Part shown: positions 54,501 through 64,000 of the stretch, in pieces | Position numbering within the stretch: position 1 is the first letter of the stretch | Layout of the letters: every line of letters starts with the position of its first letter | Source: Mytilus trossulus | Taxonomy: Eukaryota | DNA length: 64,000 nucleotides | Assembly (NCBI RefSeq): GCF_036588685.1 | Contig: NC_086386.1 | Location: 40,486,001 to 40,550,000, forward strand | Reading direction: 5' to 3' | The notes under the pieces: generated by a model | The model's input: the letters and a program-made list of their open reading frames with translations, nothing else | Told to the model about the DNA's origin: nothing | The model's database searches: none | Position numbers and translations under genes: made by a program

Positions 54501-57500
54501 CTAATCATTCTTTCCTTATTAAAATCAGTTAAAATAAAACATCCATAAGTTTAGTTCAGCTCTCTTCTTTCATTTCCACCCCAGAAAAGTTAACAAATGA
54601 ATGAGAAAGGGAAAGAAAAAAAATATAGAAAAATACACTATAATTAAAGGGAACTATATTCGTGAACAACGAAAAGCGGGGTCATTAATTGTGGTCTTGG
54701 GCCTATTAGGGTCCAAAAACTTGACCAATTCCAATATAACTTGACATGATTTAAGCTTAGTGTATTATGAGTCAGTTTTCAAAGTTTCAAAGCCATGTGA
54801 TATATATTATAAAAAATGTGGCATTTTTTATACCTCAACTTTGGTTGCTGAATTGTGACGTTGAAATAGAAAAATTTCAACTTTCAAATTTTGGCTTCAA
54901 AAATTCCCCAAAAACACCAAATTGCACTTTTTTATGTCACAATGTATAAGATATTATCTATTCAAAGTAAATGATAGCATACTTAAGGTATGAGACTTAT
55001 AAAAATTTGACAAAAGTTAATTTTATATGTTCTAATGCCAAAAAATAGAGGTTTTCAAATGAAGCGAGCCCTTATATGAAATGTAATATTTTCCACTTAC
55101 AACAATTTTCTGAAGTTGTTAAGTTAAAACAAAACATTTAACATATCATAAATGTTATTTTCATGTAAATATAAGTTTCAAATAGCATAACACATGAGTT
55201 TTATATGGTCTTAAGCAATGTCAAGCTTAAAATAACAAGTTGTCAATTTAGGACGTTCCCTATATTTCCATATTTAATTGCATATAAATGATATTGGAGA
55301 TGGAAATATGCTTATTTTTGCCCAAATCCTTGCTGAGATATGATCAAATATGAAGCCTGAATGTAACAAGACTGTTGCTTTTCACCATATATGTAGACAG
55401 TATGGTCTGATGCAAAGTTTTTTCAATTTACAGTTTAAAACCTGCATGAAATTTCAGTCTTAAAATGCCAACATTTTAACCACCAGCCATCCAACAGAAG
55501 AAAATAAAGGTATTCTGTGAAACAGACAAGTTTAAACAACCAGTAATAAGTGCTTTTGATATAGATTCAACGCAATCTGTTTAAAGAAATACTATTTTTA
55601 AGTGCATAGAACTTCATATTTCACTTGCTTCGTACGGACCGCTAGACCTAGACTATTAAAACAGCACATTTTGCACTCTCTTTATGCTTTTATCCACTTT
55701 TCTTTGTGTTCAGAGTTTAAAAATGAGTAAAACACATGAAATAAATACCACAAACACAAATAGATATCAGAAAAAAAATGTCAGAGAAAAATTAAGGATG
55801 CTGCTTTTGCAAAAATATTGAAAAAAGTGAAAAAGCTACTTTTTGGGCATATCAGCTGAAAAGTGACTTTTTTTTTTTACAAATTTCTATCAAATAAAAG
55901 TGGAAATCATTTCATCTCATATAGTTTGGCAAATCAATACCAATAGATCATTCAGAGAAGCTGTCAAAGTATAAATTCAAAATTTGCTGAAATGCACCTC
56001 TTAGGCCCGAGACCACAATTAATTCCTCTATCATTTCTTTATAACGTTTTGTCGCATTAAACAATTTTGCCTATTCTTTTTGTCTAATTTTGTGTGTGTG
56101 TAGTGTACAGTACAAGTCCAAAAATATATGCAATTTTCAGAAAAATTGCATGATTACATCATACAAATTTGGCCAATACACATCCATACCCCTATAGGCA
56201 AGTCAAGAGATGTTCCGAAAAGTGTAAATATAACCTTTTTGCACCTGGCCCAATTATTCTTTCCTTATCAGTTAAAATAAAACATCCAAAAGTTTATTTC
56301 AGCTCTATTCTTTCATTTCCACCCCAGAAAAGTTAAGAAATGAATGAGAAAGGGAAAGAAAAAAAATATAGAAAAAATACACTATAATTAAAGGGAACTA
56401 TATTCATGAACAACGAAAAGCGGGGTCATTAATTGTGGTCTTGGGCCTATTATTGGATTGTACTCGCACTTAAACATAAATTTTTTTTCGCTTTACAAAT
56501 GTTATTGTAACAAATTAAGGCAACAGTAGTATACCGCTGTTCAAAACTCATAAATCCATGGACAAAAAAAAAATCGGGGTAACAAACTAAAACCGAGGAA
56601 AACGCATTAAATATAAGAGGAGAACAACGACACAACACCGAAACGCAATACACACAGAAACGGACCAAGCATCAGACAAATCTCCACGAGAATAACAAAT
56701 ATAACATGAAAACCAAATACATGAATTTTGGGATAGACAAGTACCGTGCCACGTCTTATCTCAATATCTCAAATATAAGCGAAAACACAAACGACTCAAC
56801 GTTAAAATGCAACACACACAGAAACGAACAATAATATAACAATGGCCATCTTCCTGACTTGGTACAGGACACTTTTAAAGGGGAATAAAAGTGGTGGGTT
56901 GAACCTGGTTTTGTGGCATACCAAACCTCGCACTTTAATGGCAAAGTTAAATATAACATTGAAATGACAACCTTATATTACAGGACTACAATACAAATAA
57001 ATAGGAGAACATATTAGACAAAGAAGAACATGATTAATAGATAACATAAAGCATCAGGTTTAAAATTCAATACGCCAAAAACGCGCCTTGTCCACACAAG
57101 ACTCACCAGTGACGCCCAGGTATAAAAGATCGAAAGTGAAAAAAGTACAAAGTTGTACAGCACTGAAGATCAAAAGTTGATAAGGTTTCGCCAAATACGG
57201 CATTGTTTTTATGCCTGGGATAAGAACATTCTTATTATATCGAACAATTCATGCTATTGCAAACAGTAAATTTTATCAAATGAATATGAAAGAGATATAC
57301 ATAAAGAAACTGAAGTATTAACTAACTACAGAAAACTAAACCCGAATACATAACGTCCAGATAGAAAATCGTCATACACATTTTATAATTATTTTCCTTC
57401 TCATCCTTTTGTTTCATAGTTTGTTGCCATCCTTACAATTTACTTAAGGTGAACAAACTTAGACATTATGCAGAAATCTAATGAACCATTACTTATAATT

Positions 57501-60500
57501 TAGAAAATTATTGAAGTTGGATGTCTTTAGACGGACAACATGTCTGTACTTGGTCTTGACAATTGATTTAAGGTCATACGCATGGATCAAAGCGCTCAAC
57601 ATTTACAGACGCTTACACTCACATTCCATTGTTTATCTATTTATTTTTTACAAAAGCTGCTATTCACTACATCTTAGGATACGGCAAATGCAAAGTTTAT
57701 CTTTTTCAAGTTCATGGACATCTTCCACATTCGTATGAGTTGAAATTTAAGGTATAGACATCAACAACAATATTGTTTAACAGAATTAAATACAAATCCA
57801 TTGACAGGAATTTAAATACAAATATATTGAATAGAACTAATACTATGTATATATTGAAACGAATATTATGCATATATAAATGTTGAGTTGATGAAAAAAT
57901 AGATAAACAATAGAATGTGAGTTTAATTAGGTTACTCTTAATGTCCAGTGCTTTGATCCATGTGTATGGCCTTGAATGAATTGCCAAGACCGAGTACAGA
58001 TAGGTGGTCATTCCAAAGACATTAAACTTTAATAAGTTTATATATCAATGATAGTTATCCTAACAGGACCCAAACGGTCTGGTTGCTTATAAAGCTTACT
58101 GTAAGCATATGATTTTAGATAAATTATATACTTTGACTTTAATCATAACCTTACATTTCCTACCTATGGAAATGCAAGTACCCAACAGTCGTTTTCCATT
58201 CATTTAATGTGTTTGAGCTTAAACAAAATGATTTTGCCATTTTGAATTGTTCTCGGAGGTTTTTTTTTTATCTCTTTGTAGGGGTGGTTGTTTAAATGGT
58301 AATCATACCATACTTCCTTTATATTCTATATCAAATAAATACTGATTTAAAATAGTTCTTATAAACTATTGCTTTGTTTACCTCGATATTATCACACTGG
58401 AGATACATCCAGCTATTATAGATGAAAATCCCAGCCAACCAGCTTCTTCCTGCAAATACAATATACATATACAAAAGTTAACGTTATTCTCTTTATTTGA
58501 ACATGTTGAAATTACTATTCAAAATAGTGTTTTGCAGGTACCAATCTTGATTACAACTTTAGTGTTCTAATTGAGCTTACATCACAAGTAGATAGACGGG
58601 TGTCAGGGTTGATGGTTATATCTGTGAAAGATTTATTTCTTCGTCATTTTTAAATAAAACGAATTCAAAAGCCTTTCGTTCAAATTCCGTTCGACACAAT
58701 AATATGAAAATATAGCATGTTCTTACCTGACTGAACCCGTGTGCTTTTAGGTTGACATCAAGGACACCTTGCCAAACATTGAACACGCCTAACGAGATAA
58801 TATAGATCAATGATATCAACCAAAATGGTTTTGATCTGAAATATAAAATATGTTAAACTAATGGGCAAATGTAGGGATACATCGACAAAAGGAAGGAAAA
58901 AAGTGAACGCAAACAGGCATATCGACGGTCAAAATTTAACAGTAGAATTTGAACTAATTGTATAGGTTGTACAAAATACTAAGTACATTCTGTATGTGTC
59001 TTTCCCAAGTTTGTAGACCGTAATTCAGTGATGTATCATATTGCTTTTCATTCATTGATTTGTACATAAATCAGACTATTAGTTTTTACGTTTGGTTGTG
59101 TTTTAACTTGTCATTTCGGGGCCATTTCTGACTCAACGATATTTGGTTTGCTGATTGCTGAAGTCGTACGGTGACCTATAGTTGTTAACTTTTAATTCAT
59201 TTTGTCTGTACTGAATTGTTGTCACATTGGCAATTATACTCATCTTATTTTAAAAGGTCTTATATAAATTTCAAATACTTATTTACATTCAAACAACAGT
59301 ATTGATTAAATATATAAGAAAAGTCACATGAAAACTGATTTTGGTAGGGGCAATTATTTTGGAAAATGAAGATTTATATTTATCAATATCCTTGAAATAA
59401 CAACAGAAACATTAAAACAAATAATCGGATTTGTTTCGCATTAAATTGCATTTCTATCCTCGCAAACTTTACTTTAAGGAAAAATAAGGTACTTATAATC
59501 TAGTCGTGAAAGCTGATAGTCGGGTTGACCATTGCAATTCAAATAGGTTGGATGTAATGTTAAACGTTGATTTTTAAACTATGAAAAATTCACAGTTTAT
59601 AGGTTTATGGGAAAGACACTGACCTGACAAAAAAGACTCAAGTATTTCCTTGTGCAAAATATTACCTAAAAATGGCTTGTATCCCTGTTTTGAAGGCAAT
59701 TCGTTTTATACCAGCAGTCTTAGATGGGGGTAATGTCGGTTTTGCAGGAAAATATAATAACATCAGCAAAAATAAAAACACAGCCCAACCACATTCTGCA
59801 ATGAATAATAACCGTTACACACATTTATATCAATTCCAAGAAAACCTAATTAAGATTCGATATTGTAATTAGGGAAACAGGTGTAGTGTTAATGTCGTAT
59901 TTTAAGCGTATGAAACAGGGCCCAGTTTCACGAAGCTGTCTTAGGACAAAGACGTGTCTTAGAATGGTCTTACGACATATCTTAGTCCTAAGTGGGTTTC
60001 ACAAAGCGGTTCTATATTAGACAGCTCTTAAAGTTGGTCATAAAGTTAGTTCAACGCGAGAGGTCTTATGATAGTTATACGTTTATCTATATAAATTACA
60101 CTCATCGTAAGGGCTCTTAGAGTTGGTCATAAAGCTAGGACAACGCGAGAGGTGTCTTATGATGGTCTTGGATAGTTATACGTTTATTTATATAAATAAC
60201 ACTCATTTTTTTATATTAATTTTGAAAAAAATATCTTCTTATCATCTAATTATCTATTCTCCTGTTCCTGCTTATAACGTTATCTTTCTAGATTGACGGA
60301 TTATCATTATTTGTCAACAATGAAAAGTCGATGTATAGATATCAAGATTGCACGATGTTATCCCTTAACCTTTTATAATCAATAAAGTCGAAATTGAATT
60401 CAACTCACTTGTACCAAAAATGTCATCATTTCATATTCTTTTTTCTTAATTTTGCATTAAAATTTCATATTTATATTGGTGTTTAAAGATAATTTATATA

Positions 60501-63210
60501 TAAATTACTTTTATTTTTTTATATTTATTTTGCAAATTATGTCATTATATTAATAAATGCGTTTAGAATAGTTTATGTATGGTAAGACATAATACATTTA
60601 CATGATATTTTTTTCGTAAATTATATTTATATTTGAAAATTTAAAGAACTTGCGACTGGTTTGGGATGTCTTAGCTAAGATCATTCTAAGACAGGTTCGA
60701 GACGAGGTCTGAGATATGTTCTAGTATAGTCATAAGAGGATCATACGACATGTCCTGAAATATATCTTATGACACGTCTTAAGATAGCTTCGTGAATCCG
60801 GCCCCAGATTCCCAAGCAAACAATATGTGTTTTTGAGAAAGAAAAAAGCAATCGTCAGTTTCACTCGAGATCATCATTTTAAGAAAGCCACAAATCTACA
60901 ACAATGCTTTAAATATAGCTTTAAAATCTTTCATAACCAAAATTATAAAATACTTTTTTTGATATAAATCTTTTACATGACGCGCATAAAACAACGAGTC
61001 TGATTTGATGAGAATGGTCTTCAGCAAAATGTATCGCTTACCAATGTACATCAAGAGCATTATTTGTCCTCGTTCCGTCTTTCTATTTTCTTCTATTATA
61101 ACAGAATTATGCATGGTTATATTCATTGATTCTGTCGTATTATCTGTGTAATTCCTATAAAGATACAGGCAGATAAATTATATATAATAAAAAGTATACA
61201 TACAAAACCTTTATCTGTAGAAAAAGGGGGATTGGAAAAAAGAAAGTTTTTTTAAATAAAATTTTAAACGGATCTATTTCAATGATAACATAACAGATAT
61301 ATTAACCTAAAATTTAAAAGGTTTAACTGAATTTTGACTAAGTAAAAACATATTGATAGATTATTCAATAACTTAAATTTTTAATACAAGATACAATACC
61401 AGGTATATTTTTTTTGTATACCAATACTTAAACTAAATGTAGCTATTTTGATGTAGAACTTATACCTGTTTGCTGTCTCCTTAAAAGACGTGTTTGATAC
61501 AACATGTGGACCTAAAATAGATATATTTATTAACAATCTTATTAGTGCTGTAAAATTGAAAAACTTTTAAAAATGGAAAATCATATTCATTGACACAAAA
61601 TTGAAAAAAAAATCGACCTTTAATCAGAATTCAATTTACCGGAATAATATGTTAAAAGTTTATGTCTACAATACACTCATCGCAAATGAGTGTTTTAAAA
61701 ATATATTTTGAAAAACATCATACTTTTTTAATAATGCTATCGATTTTACCATTAGTCTGAAATTTGAAAAATCAAAACGGATGAACCTCTTTAACGCTTA
61801 TCGTTTCATCGCGGACTTTATGAATGCGTTTTGCACATTGTAAATATCATACATTGACATATAGTTACTAATGCCAACAATGCATGTTGGAGAGCCTAAT
61901 CGTATCCAATCATCGTGTTTTTCCTTAACGGAACCTCCTCATCACATGATATTGTTTTCATTATATAGTATTTTTGAAGATGATGATGAAATTATCTCTT
62001 AATGCCGCGTTCTTAGCGGAGATGCTGTAAATATCATTGTTAAAGTCTTTGATTTGATCCAGCCGGGGTTCGAACCCACGACCTCTCGCACTCAAGGCGA
62101 GACCACCGAGATGGTTAATACATCGAAGGCATAATAACAGTGAAGATTAATGTGACACTTTAGTTAACCTTATTGCATTACAATTTACAAGGACGACAAT
62201 ACCTAACAAGAATGATACTGCAATTCCTATGAGGTTCATGCAGAATCCAAGACTGGTAGCCGTAGTCCTCTCGTGCAGTGGGAACCAGGTCGCAGAAACA
62301 AGAGGTGGTCCACCCATAGCAATCGGTCCAGCCAATCCATTTAAACATTGGCCTATATTTATGGTCCTTGAAAATAGATTGTTTGCAGTAATATCGGAAG
62401 GTATGAATAAAAGGAAATGGTGAAAAGAAGTCAATAAGACCGAGACCAAACGACGACTACAGGTCAAAATACATTCGGTTTCTAGTGTTGGTATTCAATT
62501 AAAAAAAAGCAGTATACTTGAAAAGATTTAGAATGGGGTTTGATGCACTGAAAATAAAAAGAAAGTTGATTTAAAATAAACAATAAAAAAAAATTAAACT
62601 ATCTAAGGAGTATTAAATATGTCAAATCAATTCGAGTTCGTACTTTTAGCAGCAACAATCAAGATTAAAAGTACAATTATGCCTTATTAATGTGTTTGAC
62701 TTTTTCAACATAAAAGTAAACATAGAAAAACAACAAATATCATTATAATTATTTAGTGCATTAAGGTCTCATTTTCCTGTTAACAATTCTTCGAAATGAG
62801 GCAGACAAAAAAAAATCATCTCGCCTGAAACATTATACCATAACATTGCATCAATCACGCATGGAGCGATTATATGTTCAAGGAAACGGAAGTGCAAAAA
62901 CATCTGTTCTCGTCTTTTTAATCTTATTTTCCAAATTATTTTCAAACTAATCGTCCATGAAGGGTTTAAATCATAGTTATATATGTCTTTTTAAAATTGT
63001 TATGTTTCACATACAATTTGTAGATTTTCTATCCATTTATTTCTTTAATCGAATTTTATATCTTTTGATTTGTTACATTTTGTCTATCGACTTTCGATTC
63101 TTTTTATATCATTTCTTACCATTTGACATATTTAATTTCACTTGTAATGCATCGTATTCCAGTTCCTATAACAATCAGAAATGACCAAAGCAGACAGCTA
63201 AATCGTAGAC
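51544..63210 (-). CDS. SLC49A4: SLC49A4/DIRC2-like major facilitator superfamily transporter, 5'-partial (exons 63120-63210, 62203-62366, 61466-61511, 61042-61154, 59666-59795, 58727-58835, 58382-58449, 53264-53382, 52240-52422, 51544-51686)
   Basis: Ten GT-AG exons join in frame: GLRFSCLLWSFLIVIGTGIRCI..W|TINIGQCLNGLAGPIAMGGPPLVSATWFPLHERTTATS..G|PHVV..|..IMLLMYI|ECGWAV..YFPAKPTLPPS..|..WQGVLDVNL..|EEAGWLGF..|RFAD..|..PLYFEMACEVCYPVSEGLT..|GTDWENWCL..FKDSYNR..stop. The motifs match SLC49/DIRC2 (GQ.LNGLAGP, WF..ER.TAT, YFP..P..PPS, YPV.EG). N-terminal exons lie beyond 64000. Confidence 0.93.
51838..51881 (+). ncRNA. Type I minimal hammerhead ribozyme (core intact), antisense within the last SLC49A4 intron
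   Basis: Plus strand reads GCGCCA-CUGACGA-GUCU(UUUGU)AGAC-GAAA-CGCGCG-UC^UUGCGU, with one stem I mismatch. Confidence 0.75.
54253..54703. mobile_element. ~450-bp MITE, copy 1 (TIR GGCCCRAGACCACAATTAAT)
   Basis: ggcccgagaccacaattaat ... attaattgtggtcttgggcc; near-identical to 56004-56447. Confidence 0.8.
56004..56447. mobile_element. ~445-bp MITE, copy 2, direct repeat of 54253-54703
   Basis: Same TIRs and interior as copy 1, with only scattered substitutions and small indels. Confidence 0.8.
56517..57365 (-). mobile_element. Hammerhead-bearing interspersed repeat, copy with inactivated ribozyme core, in SLC49A4 intron
   Basis: Same family as 11795-12640. The hammerhead position (about 57072-57115) reads CUGGUGA...ACAAGGC instead of CUGAUGA...ACGAAAC. 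Confidence 0.6.
57511..58030. repeat. Imperfect ~135-bp inverted repeat with ~250-bp spacer (old MITE/foldback)
   Basis: 57511-57645 matches the reverse complement of 57895-58030 (tctgtactyggtcttgrcaatt...catggatcaaagc...ctcacattcyattgtttatctattt). Confidence 0.7.
59919..60804. mobile_element. PIF/Harbinger-type MITE with CAG target-site duplication, in SLC49A4 intron
   Basis: CAG|ggcccagtttcacgaagctgtctta ... taagatagcttcgtgaatccggccc|CAG; many subterminal gtctta/taagac repeats around an AT-rich middle. Confidence 0.75.
62000..62116 (-). mobile_element. Meta-domain-like tRNA-derived SINE fragment
   Basis: Minus strand gtgggttcgaaccccggctggatcaaatcaaagactttaacaatgatatttacagcatctccgctaag: a B box followed by a Meta-SINE-like body. 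Confidence 0.55.
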
Positions 63211-64000
63211 CTGAAATAACAAGAACTATCTTTAAAAAAAATATCCGACGTATTTAAATTTGAGTATATATTTAAAACTATCATTCGATAACCTTTCTGT
63301 TAGCATTCACCAAAACACCGCGGAAATCTCACATGCGTAACTGCGTTCTAAAAGTCATGTACGTTCGTGCAACAAAGTTTAAATAATTGTCCCGAATAAA
63401 CAGCTGTCATGGATGCAAAGAGCTATTGGAGAAACAATTATTTTGATAAAAATATAAATCTTTGTAAAATCTAGCTCAAATATTTATAGTTTTTCACTTG
63501 CTTTCCATCACGATATAATTAACGAGACGTTTTTTTTCAAACACAACCAAATCATCCACGTCTTTACTTATCTTGTAATGTACAGCATGTGTATAAGTGT
63601 GATTTAGAGATCACCTGCACACAGGCACTTGTCTCTGGATATTTATTCCTATAAATCTACATATATGTTATATCTGTTAAAAAGGACTCAACTCATCAGA
63701 TCGATACAAACCAGGACATTTACCAAAAACACAGACCAAATGTGACAGGGTATTTATTCCTCCCTTACAACAAAAAAGACACATAGTATAACTCAGAATA
63801 ATGGCAGTTACTGATAGTTATTATTAGGCCAATAACTACTAATAATTTAATTTTGGATGTAACGCGTCTTCTATTTGGCTGACATTATTTTGTTATCAGC
63901 CCATAGATATAATTAAGTCATGTGACCATGACGTCATCATCGTTTTTTCGTAGTTTTCTACTGTTTAAAATGGAATTTAGAATTAAAATATAAGAATTTC

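Noticed and set aside
54253-56447. LTR retrotransposon (direct repeats flanking 1.3 kb)
   Set aside because: The repeats lack TG...CA ends, PBS and PPT, and each has its own ~20-bp TIRs, so they are MITEs.
59672-59872. + strand ORFs at 59672-59872, 62229-62423 and 62957-63184
   Set aside because: Antisense shadows of SLC49A4 exons.

Overview
AT-rich eukaryotic genomic DNA with spliced genes and dense interspersed repeats. The repeat families and gene types point to a bivalve mollusc, most likely a Mytilus mussel (inference). Genes: (i) three + strand paralogues of a small 3-exon gene encoding signal peptide + Methyltransf_FA (FAMeT-like) domain + PAN/Apple domain. Copy A is at 3576-6119 with exon 1 outside the window, copy B at 13473-20255, copy C at 43483-47333; A and B derive from a ~10-11 kb tandem duplication. 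(ii) A RING-less TRIM-like gene (2 B-boxes, coiled coil, NHL-type propeller) with a single coding exon at 33009-34709, between copies B and C. (iii) The 3' ten coding exons of an SLC49A4/DIRC2-like MFS transporter on the - strand (63210 to 51544). The non-coding DNA holds several type I minimal hammerhead ribozymes inside a Penelope/retrozyme-like repeat, three Penelope-like RT fragments, tRNA-derived SINEs, several MITEs (one nested, one pair arranged like a composite transposon), a Helentron/pearl-like element and mini/microsatellites. Most short ORFs in the ORF track are spurious.
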